Assembly (NCBI GenBank): GCA_002709075.1
Contig: PAPV01000002.1
Coordinates: 31,098 to 95,097 of the forward strand
Direction of reading: 5' to 3'
Origin: Rhodospirillaceae bacterium
Lineage (GTDB): Bacteria > Pseudomonadota > Alphaproteobacteria > MPNO01 > UBA2964
Length of the DNA: 64,000 bases
Made by a program: the position numbers and the translations under genes. Positions within the stretch are counted from its first letter, which is position 1. Each line of letters opens with the position of its first letter. This document shows, piece by piece, positions 21,681 to 31,977 of the stretch. Below the pieces are notes generated by a model. It was not told the DNA's origin. It did not search any database and was given only the letters and a program-made list of their open reading frames with translations.

Positions 21681-22097
21681 CCCTCACTTAAGCAGGAAAA
21701 GGTATAAACTTAGCAAAGCTTATTGATGACGCCAATAGAACTGCTAAATAATCACCTCCACCCATAGTTAATGAATTTTCTGAAAAACAAATCAAAAGCT
21801 TTATTATGTAGGCCGTTGGACTAATAGTTAAATTAGTGATGGCGCTATTTTTTTGAGGCAAATTGTTCAGAATCACAAGTTCAAATGGCACCATAGTAGA
21901 CTTTATAAATGCCAGAAAGACACAATCATGCCTTAATTTTTTTAGTTAAACTTTTTTAAAACTAAAAGGGTTATTTAGGAACACCGTAAATTCTCATTTT
22001 TTCAAATTGTCCTGTGACGGATTGAATTTGTTTTTACAGTCAAATAAGGGTTCTAAGCTAAATTATTTTTTCCCTATAAAATAATAAAACACAGTAT

Positions 22098-22739
22098 TCA
22101 AAATCGTTCTCGGCTCAATAAAAAAATAGCTTGCTCGCCGCATAAATTTGCAGAAATCCCATTTGTAGAGATAGTCTTTTTTGTTCCTTGACTATCAACT
22201 GTCATTGCCTCTTCGACAGTTAAACCAAGATTTTTACATATCATCACAAAATCGAGAATTGTACATGGATGAATATCTTGGGAATTATACCAATTCACCA
22301 TTTGCCCGTTCACCGGAAAACGACCGCGAAATAGGAGCTCTATCCTTTTTTTCCAGTGGCCAAAATTTACAAAAGAGACCAATGCGTGTTTCCCAATACG
22401 CACAAGATTAGATAAGACAACCTCTGGCTGCCTTGTTGCCTGAAGCGTACGGCTGAGAACTACATAATCAAAAGCTTGTTCCGGGTAATCTAAAAGATCA
22501 GTGTCAGCATCACCTTGAATCACGGACAGGCCCCGAGAAACGCATGCATTTACGCCATTTTGGCTGAGTTCTATACCTCGCGCATCACTCCCCTTGTGGT
22601 TAACTAAATAATCAAGAAGTGCACCATCTCCGCAGCCAACATCAAGAACCCGGCAGTTTTCTGCTATCAAACCCGCTATCAGACGTAAGTCATGCCTTAA
22701 GGATTTTAGCATTACGGAAGGTGTTTCGGGGGTATTCAT
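22098..22739 (-). CDS. metW: methionine biosynthesis protein MetW
   Basis: SAM-methyltransferase-like motif VLDVGCGDGALL, immediately downstream of metX. I took the ATG at 22739, which forms a TAATG stop/start overlap with metX (checked in the sequence). The listed 22763 start would overlap metX by 25 nt. Confidence 0.85.
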   Translation of the reverse strand: MNTPETPSVMLKSLRHDLRLIAGLIAENCRVLDVGCGDGALLDYLVNHKGSDARGIELSQNGVNACVSRGLSVIQGDADTDLLDYPEQAFDYVVLSRTLQATRQPEVVLSNLVRIGKHALVSFVNFGHWKKRIELLFRGRFPVNGQMVNWYNSQDIHPCTILDFVMICKNLGLTVEEAMTVDSQGTKKTISTNGISANLCGEQAIFLLSRERF

Positions 22740-23911
22740 TAAAGTCCCATCTGAAGGGCACATCCATCAATAAAACCAGATAAAGTTCGGTGCATCTCGG
22801 GTTCATCAAGAAGAAACGCGTCGTGCCCTTTATCGGTTTCAATTTCAATAAAACTTACATTAGCGGCGACTGCATTTAGAGCACGCACTAAAGTTCTACT
22901 TTCTGTTGTTGGGTACAGCCAATCACTGGAAAATGACATTACACAAAACCGAACATCGGTCCCAACAAAAGCTTGAGCTAGGTTTCCATTGTGGCCTTCA
23001 CTTAAATCAAAATAATCCATCGCCCGAGTGATGTAGAGGTAAGAATTAGGATCAAATCTATCTACAAAGGTGCTGCCCTGATGACGTAAATATGACTCAA
23101 CCTGAAAATCCGCATCGAATCCGAAAGCGAGTTCCTCCCTTCCTTGCAGCCTGCGACCAAATTTTCTATGAAGTGCTGGTTCGGAAAGGTAGGTGATGTG
23201 GGCTTCCATGCGAGCAACTGCTAAACCTCGTGTTGGACACTTATCATTGTTAAGGTAACCACCCTGACACCAGTCAGGATCCGCCATAATTGCTTGCCTT
23301 CCAACTTCATGAAATGCGATATTTTGCGCAGAATGTCGAGGTGCAGCTGCTATTGGAACTGCTGCAAAAATACGGTCACTGTAGCGAGAGGCAAGATCAA
23401 GTACCTGCATGCCTCCCATTGACCCACCAATAGCTAAAAATAATTTGTCGATACCTAAATGATCTAAGAGTCTTATTTGAGCGCGAACCATATCACTAAT
23501 TGTGATTACTGGAAAATCAAGACCCCAAGGCTTTCCGGTACTTGGGTTGATTGATGCAGGTCCGGTGCTACCAAGGCATCCTCCTAATATGTTAGCGCAA
23601 ATCACAAAGAACCGATTTGTATCAAGTATTTTATCTGGGCCAATCATATGATCCCACCAACCTGGTTTACCAGTGAGCGGATGAGGGTTAGCAGCAAATT
23701 GATCCCCTGTAAGTGCATGGCAAACAAGCACGGCATTTGTATGATCTTGATTAAGTTTACCGTAGGTCTCATAAGCTACTACAAATGGACTTAAGCTTTT
23801 ACCACTATCTAAATATAGTGGTTTATCCAGACCCATTTTGACCAAATGTCCTGGTAGATTGCCGTTAGCTACTTGTAATAAAGATAATGATGTTGTTGCC
23901 ATAACGTACAA
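22739..23911 (-). CDS. metX: homoserine O-acetyltransferase
   Basis: Alpha/beta hydrolase with a nucleophile region GGSMGGMQ and MetX length. The listed start is TTG; an ATG at 23902 (MATTSLS) is likely the true start. Confidence 0.9.
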   Translation of the reverse strand: MYVMATTSLSLLQVANGNLPGHLVKMGLDKPLYLDSGKSLSPFVVAYETYGKLNQDHTNAVLVCHALTGDQFAANPHPLTGKPGWWDHMIGPDKILDTNRFFVICANILGGCLGSTGPASINPSTGKPWGLDFPVITISDMVRAQIRLLDHLGIDKLFLAIGGSMGGMQVLDLASRYSDRIFAAVPIAAAPRHSAQNIAFHEVGRQAIMADPDWCQGGYLNNDKCPTRGLAVARMEAHITYLSEPALHRKFGRRLQGREELAFGFDADFQVESYLRHQGSTFVDRFDPNSYLYITRAMDYFDLSEGHNGNLAQAFVGTDVRFCVMSFSSDWLYPTTESRTLVRALNAVAANVSFIEIETDKGHDAFLLDEPEMHRTLSGFIDGCALQMGL

Positions 23912-24057
23912 TTATATTAGAAAAACACTCAAGTTGAAAGCAAATAGCCATTACCTAGTATATAAAAGATCAATGATTTCTTTGCTTTTCGAAAATAGTC
24001 CTTCAAGATATAAACCTCTACTTTCGGCTATTCAACTAGAAACCGGGTGTAACACAT

Positions 24058-24906
24058 ATGACGAAGAGTGAACCTAATCTCTCTGCGATCAGAAATGAAA
24101 TCGATGAGCTTGATAAATCTCTGCATGAACTATTGATGAGACGTGCAGAAATAATTGAACGCGTAAAAGTTGCAAAGACAGGGTCAGATATTTCCGCTTA
24201 CAGGCCTCGCAGAGAATCTGAGGTCTTAAAACAATTGGTTGAAAGACATAGCGGAAAGTTCCCGGTTGTTTCGATTTATCGCATTTGGCGAGAAATAATG
24301 GCTGCCTCCGTAGTTATGCAGGATAAGTTTTCATGCGCGGTTTGGGACGGAAATAATGGAATCTTTCGTACAATTGCGCGCAATCATTTTGGCGCTGTAA
24401 CCCCTCTTCATTTTTATTCGTCGCCAGTAAGAGTTCTTAACGCGGTATCTCAAGGTGAAACAGTAGTAGGTTTACTGCCTATGCCACAGCAGGATGATTT
24501 ATCTCCATGGTGGGCATCTCTATATGGCAGTGATATTAAAAGAGTAGCAATCTGTGGTAGCGTGCCCCGTTATGGGTTCGAGATAGATGCAGGAGCAATA
24601 ATTGTCGGAAACATCGGATTAGAAGAATCAAGTCTTGATAACATTTATTTGATTATTGAAACGGATGGTTCCTTAAGCCAATCCGGTCTTAGGAATGTGC
24701 TTAAAAGATTGGATTTGGAAATTCGCTCATTGTTTCAGGATCCAATGTCATCTCGTGTTGAGGGTAGAGCACTGTTTCTGGCGAAAATAAAAGGGTTCGG
24801 AAGGGTCATCCGAAGTTTAGAAGCTGATATACTTAAAATATCCGGCGCAGTAAAAAATGTTGTATTTATTGGCACATCATTTCAATCACTAAAGGAAACA
24901 GAATGA
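24058..24906 (+). CDS. chorismate mutase (AroQ) with C-terminal degenerate prephenate-dehydratase/ACT-like domain
   Basis: The N-terminal ~90 aa match the AroQ helical CM (LSAIRNEIDELDKSLHELLMRRAEI...). The C-terminal ~190 aa parallel PDT-domain topology (…HFGAV…VLNAVSQGETVVGLLPMPQ…) but lack canonical catalytic motifs. Confidence 0.7.
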   Translation: MTKSEPNLSAIRNEIDELDKSLHELLMRRAEIIERVKVAKTGSDISAYRPRRESEVLKQLVERHSGKFPVVSIYRIWREIMAASVVMQDKFSCAVWDGNNGIFRTIARNHFGAVTPLHFYSSPVRVLNAVSQGETVVGLLPMPQQDDLSPWWASLYGSDIKRVAICGSVPRYGFEIDAGAIIVGNIGLEESSLDNIYLIIETDGSLSQSGLRNVLKRLDLEIRSLFQDPMSSRVEGRALFLAKIKGFGRVIRSLEADILKISGAVKNVVFIGTSFQSLKETE

Positions 24907-25994
24907 AACCCCTTGTTCCTAAACCGGGAATACTAGAAATTAAGCCTTATGTCTCAGGTGAGTCGCGCATTCAAGGCATAGAACACGTCATTAAACTATC
25001 TTCCAATGAAAGTGCACTGGGCGCGAGTGCTGAAGCAGTCTCAGCTTACAATGCTGTAAAAAATGGTTTACATTTATATCCGGATGGAAATGCAGTTGAA
25101 TTGCGAGAGGCTATTGGCGTTCAGCACGGCCTAGATCCGAGCCGAATTATATGTGGTGCTGGATCTGATGAATTATTCTATAACTTAGCACGGGCTTACG
25201 CCAGTGTGGGTGACGAAATAATATACAGTAAGCATGGTTTTAATATCTATCCCATAGTTGCTCGCACTGTTGGCGCAACACCTGTTGTGGCACCAGAAAC
25301 TAGTCTAACCTTCAATGTTGATGCTGTTTTATCTAAAGTTACTTCGAATACAAAAATAGTTTTTATTGCTAATCCTAATAATCCGACTGGATCATATATC
25401 TCAGAAAATGAATTATACCGTTTGCGAAAGGATCTGCCTGAAGATATTTTATTTGTAGTAGATGGTGCGTACGCGGAATATGTCACACAGGATGACTATT
25501 CTGACGGCATTTCATTGGTTGACGCTTCAGAGAATACCGTGATGACTCGGACCTTTTCAAAAATTTACGGTCTAGCAGCACTTCGAATAGGGTGGGGTTA
25601 CTGTCCTCCCTCAATTGCAGATGTGTTAAATCGATTGCGCGCTCCTTTTAATTTAACCGTTGCAGCTCAACATGCGGGAGTTGCCGCACTAAACGACACT
25701 GCGCATATTTCTGCCTCAAGATGTCATAATGCGGTTTGGCTACCCTGGTTATCGAATAGATTGAAGGAACTTGGTCTAACTGTTCATCCTAGCGTTGCTA
25801 ATTTTATTTTGGTCCAATTTTCTGAACTCAAGGGCAAGCAGTCTTCGGATGCATATAATTTTTTGGCGCAACACGGTATTCTTACCCGTAAAACAACTGG
25901 TTACGGTCTTCCAGATTGCCTTCGAATTACTATCGGTCGGGAAGATGAAGTAAAAGCAGTGGCCACAATGCTATCAGAATTTGTTTCGAGGTAG
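24903..25994 (+). CDS. hisC: histidinol-phosphate / aromatic aminotransferase
   Basis: Class-II aminotransferase with a PLP lysine region (TFSKIYGLAALRIGWG). Its ATG overlaps the upstream stop. Confidence 0.85.
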   Translation: MKPLVPKPGILEIKPYVSGESRIQGIEHVIKLSSNESALGASAEAVSAYNAVKNGLHLYPDGNAVELREAIGVQHGLDPSRIICGAGSDELFYNLARAYASVGDEIIYSKHGFNIYPIVARTVGATPVVAPETSLTFNVDAVLSKVTSNTKIVFIANPNNPTGSYISENELYRLRKDLPEDILFVVDGAYAEYVTQDDYSDGISLVDASENTVMTRTFSKIYGLAALRIGWGYCPPSIADVLNRLRAPFNLTVAAQHAGVAALNDTAHISASRCHNAVWLPWLSNRLKELGLTVHPSVANFILVQFSELKGKQSSDAYNFLAQHGILTRKTTGYGLPDCLRITIGREDEVKAVATMLSEFVSR

Positions 25995-26006
25995 AAAGAT
26001 TAGTTT

Positions 26007-26918
26007 ATGTTTCAAAAACCATTTTTTAATCGGATAGCTCTAATTGGTGCAGGGCTAATAGGGTCCTCTCTTTCTCGGGTCATTAAGAAAAAAAATCTGT
26101 CGAATGAAATTGTTGTTTGTGCCCGCAGAGACGAAACATTGAATATTGTTAAAAAATTAGATCTTGCCCATATTGTTACTAAGGATTTGACATTCGCTGT
26201 TACGGACGCTGATCTTGTTGTGCTTTGCACGCCGGTGGGGGTTTACGAAGCTTTGGCAAAAAGAATGAGTCCCGCATTAAAACAAGGCAGTATAGTGTCT
26301 GATGTTGGATCGGTTAAGCAAAGCGCAATAAATATGGTAAAGCCTTATTTAGCTGATGGTGTTCATTTTGTTCCGGGACATCCTATTGCAGGAACTGAGA
26401 ACTCAGGACCAGAGTCCGGTTTTGATACTTTGTTCGAAAATCGATGGGTGATATTAACACCAGAGTCTGGAACAGATCAGAATGCAATAAGTAAGGTAGA
26501 GGAATTATGGAGGTGCGCAGGAGCAAAAACTGAAATAATGGATGCGAAACATCATGATCGCGTTCTTGCCATTACTTCGCATGTGCCGCATTTAATCGCT
26601 TATACAATTGTCGGCACCGCGACTGATTTAGAAGATCGACTGAAAGCTGAAGTGGTGAAATTTGCTGCTTCCGGATTCCGTGATTTTACGCGTATTGCAG
26701 CCTCGGATCCAGTCATGTGGAGAGATATTTTTGTGCATAATAGGAATGCCGTTTTAGAGATGTTGGGGCGTCTTACTGAGGATATATCCACATTACAGCG
26801 CTATGTTCGAGATAGTGATGCAGATAAAATGGAGGAACTATTTTCCCGAACAAGGGAGATTCGAAGATCTGTTATCGAAGCAGGTCAGCATATTTTACCC
26901 TCTCCTAGTAAGGATTAA
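26007..26918 (+). CDS. tyrC: prephenate/cyclohexadienyl (arogenate) dehydrogenase
   Basis: N-terminal Rossmann motif IALIGAGLIGSS and a TyrA core (HPIAGTE). Confidence 0.85.
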   Translation: MFQKPFFNRIALIGAGLIGSSLSRVIKKKNLSNEIVVCARRDETLNIVKKLDLAHIVTKDLTFAVTDADLVVLCTPVGVYEALAKRMSPALKQGSIVSDVGSVKQSAINMVKPYLADGVHFVPGHPIAGTENSGPESGFDTLFENRWVILTPESGTDQNAISKVEELWRCAGAKTEIMDAKHHDRVLAITSHVPHLIAYTIVGTATDLEDRLKAEVVKFAASGFRDFTRIAASDPVMWRDIFVHNRNAVLEMLGRLTEDISTLQRYVRDSDADKMEELFSRTREIRRSVIEAGQHILPSPSKD

Positions 26919-27200
26919 CAAGTTCCATTACTGATCTTAACATCTCATCTAAATTGTTTGTCCTTCCATGGGAATGTATGGGTAATAATTTTTGGTTTTT
27001 TTGAGGTTTGAATTGAGTTATTAAGCTATCGTGTTAGTTTGTTAGTCATTTTGGGCTCAACTTGCAATACTTATGTGTCTTCAGTCGAAAATTTAAAGCC
27101 ATTTGTTGCGAAGCATAACGATTACGTGTGCTCCACAATTTTATTACAATATTGCAATTTTACAGGGCTGTAGAATGTTTGACTCATCCTTCTTGTATAA

Positions 27201-28097
27201 GTGTGTTTGATGTTTTATTCTGAATCTAAAGTGCTTTCGCCGGGACTGACTAGAGCCTCTGCTGCATTATTTATTTTTTTCTGGGCTAGCGGATTTATTT
27301 CTGCGAAGTTTGGATTTCCATATTCTGAACCTTTTACATTTCTTGCTTTAAGATTCGGATTAGCAATTCTCATTATGACGCCACTGTGTATTTTGTGGGG
27401 TGCAATTTGGCCAAAAACCTCTAAAGAGATTTTCCATGTGCTGATCGCAGGGTGGCTTGTACAAACGGTCTATCTTGTCGGAGTTTGGTACAGTATTTGG
27501 CTAGGCGTTGCGACAGGTGTCGTAGCACTTATTGTTGGTTTGCAGCCACTGATAACAGGAATATTTTCTGCATCCTTTTTAGGTGAAAGGGTGAATTCAT
27601 ATCAGTGGTTAGGCCTTTTATTTGGATTTTTTGGGCTGACTTTGGTTGTTACAAATAATATAAATTTTTTTGCTGAACAAATTTGGAGTGTCTCTCTTTG
27701 TCTTTTCGCACTTCTCGGTATAACATTTGGTACGTTTTATCAACGACGTTTCTGTTCTGAGGTAGACATCAGAACAGCCGTCGTTATACAAAATTTTGGC
27801 TCTCTTTTTTTAATACTACCGTTAGCTTTAGTATTTGAGGAGATGGCGGTTGAGTGGACCAATGAATTTGTGTTTGCGTTGTTTTGGTCTGCAGTCGGTC
27901 TTTCGGTTATTGCAATTGCACTGTTCTATATTTTGGTAAGAAATGGCGCAGCAGCAAAGGTAACCTCTATGATTTATTTGAGTCCCCCAACCACCGCTTT
28001 TATGGGATGGTTAGTTTTTGACGAGAGCTTGTCTGGGACTGTTTTAATCGGGTTTGTTTTTGTGGCACTAGGTGTAGCATTGGTCACGCGGAGCTAA
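27201..28097 (+). CDS. EamA/DMT-family transporter
   Basis: Ten predicted TM helices in two EamA repeats. GTG start; ATG at 27210 is an alternative. Confidence 0.75.
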   Translation: MCLMFYSESKVLSPGLTRASAALFIFFWASGFISAKFGFPYSEPFTFLALRFGLAILIMTPLCILWGAIWPKTSKEIFHVLIAGWLVQTVYLVGVWYSIWLGVATGVVALIVGLQPLITGIFSASFLGERVNSYQWLGLLFGFFGLTLVVTNNINFFAEQIWSVSLCLFALLGITFGTFYQRRFCSEVDIRTAVVIQNFGSLFLILPLALVFEEMAVEWTNEFVFALFWSAVGLSVIAIALFYILVRNGAAAKVTSMIYLSPPTTAFMGWLVFDESLSGTVLIGFVFVALGVALVTRS

Positions 28098-28100
28098 GTA

Positions 28101-28664
28101 ATGAAAAAGACGCTTTCAAGAACCGAGATTGCTTCACCGGACCCGGGTGATGTATGGTTTTTTGCGTATGGGTCACTTTTGTGGTCTCCAGGGTTTCAAG
28201 TAGTTCAAAAATATCGGGCACAATTGTTCGGTTGGCACCGTCGTTTCTGTGTTAATTCGACAATGTATCGTGGCACCCCAGAAGCCCCAGGACTAGTACT
28301 CGGACTGGATCGGGGTGGTTCTTGTATTGGGTTTGCTCTAAAAATTTGTGCATCTGAACGCGATGAAGTGTTAGCCAAACTAACTTTGCGTGAAATGCAA
28401 GAAGAAATATATTCATGCCGGCCAGTAAATTTGCGAATATGTGATGGAAATTTATCTGCGATAACGTTAACCGTGAATCGTGATCATAGACTCTACTTTC
28501 CTGCTATGAATATAAATCAAGTTGCGAAGAGAATAGCTTCATCAGTTGGTGATCGCGGCTCTAATAAGGAATATCTTGAAAATACTGTTTCGAGCTTGGC
28601 TCATGAAGGTATCGATGACCGTTCTCTTTCCTTGCTTCTTGACAGAGTACGGAAGTTCGGATGA
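28101..28664 (+). CDS. ChaC-like gamma-glutamylcyclotransferase
   Basis: N-terminal VWFFAYGSLLWSPGF matches the ChaC/GGCT motif (YGSLxW). Confidence 0.75.
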   Translation: MKKTLSRTEIASPDPGDVWFFAYGSLLWSPGFQVVQKYRAQLFGWHRRFCVNSTMYRGTPEAPGLVLGLDRGGSCIGFALKICASERDEVLAKLTLREMQEEIYSCRPVNLRICDGNLSAITLTVNRDHRLYFPAMNINQVAKRIASSVGDRGSNKEYLENTVSSLAHEGIDDRSLSLLLDRVRKFG

Positions 28665-28702
28665 GTTTAAAACATTATGTTTAATTATTGAAAGCAATAA
28701 AT

Positions 28703-29569
28703 ATGAAATTAATCAGCTTTTGCGTTGGAAAAAACGATTATTTTGGAGTAGCAGTTAAGAATGGCATAATTGATTTAACTTCAATAGTATTTGATGGACG
28801 GAAATTTCTCGATTTAAGTGATGCCATATCTGCTGACGGAGGTCTCTCCTCTATAAGAATCGCGGTTCAAGAAGCTGATGGGGTTGATTTTAGTTTTGAT
28901 GAAATAACATATAAATTACCTATACCTCGACCAAAAAAAATTTTTTGTGTAGGTCGTAATTATCGTACATACCATGAAGTGAGAGAGGATGGGCGTCCAG
29001 AGTGGCCGAGTATTTTTCCACGCTTTGTGGACAGCTTTTCCGCTCATGAGGAAGCTATTATTTTTGGCAAAGACGATGGCGATAAACTGGATTATGAGGG
29101 TGAGTTGGTGGCAATAATTTCCAATCATGCCCGCCATGTACAAAAAAACGAGGCACTTTCTTTCGTTGGTGGTTATACTATTGCAAATGAGGGTAGTGTG
29201 AGGAACTGGATTGGCCGCGGAACACAAAATTGTCCTGTCAAAAATCAGTGGCGTTCTGGCTCTATGGGACCTTTTTTGATTACTGCTGATGAAATTCCGG
29301 ATCCAAGTAAACTTAATATTTGTACTAAAGTAAACGGTGAAATACGCCAAAACGGCAGCACTGACATGATGATTTTCGACTTACCATTTGTAATCTCTTA
29401 TATAAGCCGTTTTACACCGTTAGAGCCAGGGGATTGTATTTGCACAGGGTCACCGGGTGGATCTGCAATTGAACATGATCCACCTAAATATCTGAAGCCA
29501 GGAGATAAATTAGAAGTGTCGATTGACGGGATCGGAATTCTAAAAAATCAGGTAGAACCAGAAGCTTAG
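28703..29569 (+). CDS. fumarylacetoacetate hydrolase (FAH) family protein
   Basis: The FAH fold runs the full length. I took the ATG at 28703 (MKLISF…) rather than the TTG at 28688. Confidence 0.8.
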   Translation: MKLISFCVGKNDYFGVAVKNGIIDLTSIVFDGRKFLDLSDAISADGGLSSIRIAVQEADGVDFSFDEITYKLPIPRPKKIFCVGRNYRTYHEVREDGRPEWPSIFPRFVDSFSAHEEAIIFGKDDGDKLDYEGELVAIISNHARHVQKNEALSFVGGYTIANEGSVRNWIGRGTQNCPVKNQWRSGSMGPFLITADEIPDPSKLNICTKVNGEIRQNGSTDMMIFDLPFVISYISRFTPLEPGDCICTGSPGGSAIEHDPPKYLKPGDKLEVSIDGIGILKNQVEPEA

Positions 29570-29829
29570 TTTAATTGAAAGTTGAAGTGTAATTTCTTAT
29601 ATATAACCTGCAATTAATAACAAACAAAAATACAAATTATCCTCCAAGTTTCGGGGGATACTGCGAGCTAATATCAATCATGAAAAACTCATCGATGCTT
29701 GAGTTGTTGTGAATAGACACATAAAGTTTGAAAGTGTTTGTCAATTCTATTGACGACATTCACGGATGAAGGGACCATCTCCGTAAGTGGGGATTGTAAG
29801 CACATTTCATCTTTTAATAATGAAGGTAA

Positions 29830-30300
29830 TTGGGGAGAATATTCGTGGTGTTAACTGACGATATGAAGTCAATAATTAAGAATGCGAATCTTGCATTTTT
29901 TGCGACAATTAATGAAGATGGCAGTCCAAATCTTTCGCCTAAAAGCACACTCCGCACTATAAATGGTAATAGCCTTATTTTTGCTAATCTTGCTTCACCG
30001 GGAACAATACGCAATTTGAATCGTGATCCGCGAATAGAGATTAATTGTGTAGATATTTTTTCTCGGAGAGGTTATCGGTTTACAGGAGTGGCAACAGTTC
30101 ATGTTGAGGGCGAAACGACTTTTGAGAAATTTAAGACACAAATGGCTAAGGAACTAGGGCCTAAAACAATAGTTTATAACGCAGTAACTATTCAGATAAA
30201 AAAAGTATCTCCAATAATGTCGCCTGCATATAACAATCCGAATGTAACTGAAGAACGATTGCGAGAAACTTATCTAAAAAAATATGGAGTGAGCAGTTAG
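29830..30300 (+). CDS. pyridoxamine-5'-phosphate-oxidase-like FMN-binding protein
   Basis: Split-barrel PNPOx-like pattern (…ANLAFFATINEDGSPNLSPK…). The start is TTG at 29830 or ATG at 29863 and is ambiguous. Confidence 0.55.
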   Translation: MGRIFVVLTDDMKSIIKNANLAFFATINEDGSPNLSPKSTLRTINGNSLIFANLASPGTIRNLNRDPRIEINCVDIFSRRGYRFTGVATVHVEGETTFEKFKTQMAKELGPKTIVYNAVTIQIKKVSPIMSPAYNNPNVTEERLRETYLKKYGVSS

Positions 30301-30635
30301 AATTTGGTAATAAGGGGTAAAAAAATTAGCTTTTGAAATGATAAAATCCTATACTTTTTTTATTTAGTGAATGGTTATTTAATTATAATTAAGATGTATT
30401 CAGATGTATTTTGTATATTTAGGTTGCTGCTCGGAAAAAAATAACTGATTTTTAGCTTTTTAAAATAGTTTGACTTATAAGTTTTAAAAACTTCATTTGT
30501 TTAAACAATTGTAGGAAATTGAAATTATTTTGACTAAAAGTTTGATTTTTTCTTCAAGGCATTTTGGTTTCAAGAAGAATAGTGAGAGTTTTGAGCCTTG
30601 TATTAAACTACAGGGTAAGCGTACTTGTTTGGTAA

Positions 30636-31355
30636 CTAAAAGTAATTTTTCGGGGGATCTATTTTAGTTTGTGCTTCAGTTATAACGTTTGTTAATTGGT
30701 GTAAAAACTCGCGTTTCTTAAGTCCAGGCTCAATAGGTGGTAAAAATTTTAGGGTAATCGTGCCGGGGTAGCGGAAGAATTTGCGCCGCTGCCACAAACG
30801 ACCTGAGTTTAAAGCTACCGGTATTACAGGTATTCCTAAGTCGGTGTATAATGCGGTTATCCCTGGATGTAATATCCCAATTTGACCGGGTGGAACACGT
30901 GTGCCCTCGGGAAAAACAATTAGCGATCTGCCCGAACTAATAAATGCACGAGCTTTCCGACGCATGTTCCGCAAAGAAGAAACGCCTCTACCTCGATCAA
31001 TAGCAATAGTTCCATATTTTCGAAGATACCATCCGTAGAAAGGGATTATTTGCAATTCATACTTTAGGACTGCAACGGCCCCTGGTAGAATAATTGGAAG
31101 AACTATTGTATCCCAAGCAGACTGATGCTTAAAAGCAAAGAGAACCGGTTCATCTGGAATATTCTTCCAACCCTCAACCTCGTGTTTTATTCCGCAAACT
31201 AACCTTAACATACCAAGAACCCCTAAACTCCAAACTCGACTTGCCCAGATCATATAAGCATATGGAAAAAACATCAGAGGCAAAAAAAGAAATGCTAGAA
31301 TGGAAGTCCATATCCAGAAGAAAAGTTGAAAAAGAGTGGAGCCAAGAAAAATCAT
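30636..31355 (-). CDS. plsC: 1-acyl-sn-glycerol-3-phosphate acyltransferase
   Basis: N-terminal TM helix, an HxxxxD-like motif (FKHQSAWD) and FPEGTR. Confidence 0.8.
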   Translation of the reverse strand: MIFLGSTLFQLFFWIWTSILAFLFLPLMFFPYAYMIWASRVWSLGVLGMLRLVCGIKHEVEGWKNIPDEPVLFAFKHQSAWDTIVLPIILPGAVAVLKYELQIIPFYGWYLRKYGTIAIDRGRGVSSLRNMRRKARAFISSGRSLIVFPEGTRVPPGQIGILHPGITALYTDLGIPVIPVALNSGRLWQRRKFFRYPGTITLKFLPPIEPGLKKREFLHQLTNVITEAQTKIDPPKNYF

Positions 31356-31359
31356 CGAG

Positions 31360-31977
31360 CTAACTGCCTATAGTCGGCCAAAGTCCAGCGAGGTAAGTAA
31401 TCAAAAGTTTATTATACTCGGATGCGACTATTTTTAATAACCGTGTTTTTTTCCACCAGTGAGGGCCACGAAAATCTTCAGTAACAACGGCGTGAGGTAT
31501 AATATAAGAATTAGGCATAACACGACTGAATTCCACCATGCTTCGGGGCATATGATAGTTAGATGTAACTAAACGCATCGACGTGAAGCCTTTGTTTTTC
31601 ATCCAATCATGAGTTTCTTTGGCATTTCCCGCAGTATTGTCCGCCTTGTATCCAACCGAAATACAACAAGTTAAATCTTGCAAATTACGTTGTGTTAACT
31701 GCACAAGAGTTTGAAGATCCACACCTTTTGCCACACCAGATATAAATAAATGATCGGCAAGCTCATATTCGTCGAGTAATTTGAGGCCTTCGTTTAATCG
31801 ACCAGAACCCCCAGTAAGCACAATAATTGCGTTAGTCTTTGAGAGGTTCATCTGAGGTAAAAATGGTATGCGGTTCACAAATTCAAAGAAACCAATTGCC
31901 CACGTTACAAAAAGTAATGAAAGAATTATAAACATACTACGTAGTTTTGAACGGAAGAGCGATGGGCTTTGCGTCAT
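31360..31977 (-). CDS. DUF218 (YdcF/ElyC-like) protein
   Basis: N-terminal TM helix plus a DUF218 core (IIVLTGGSGR). Confidence 0.7.
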   Translation of the reverse strand: MTQSPSLFRSKLRSMFIILSLLFVTWAIGFFEFVNRIPFLPQMNLSKTNAIIVLTGGSGRLNEGLKLLDEYELADHLFISGVAKGVDLQTLVQLTQRNLQDLTCCISVGYKADNTAGNAKETHDWMKNKGFTSMRLVTSNYHMPRSMVEFSRVMPNSYIIPHAVVTEDFRGPHWWKKTRLLKIVASEYNKLLITYLAGLWPTIGS

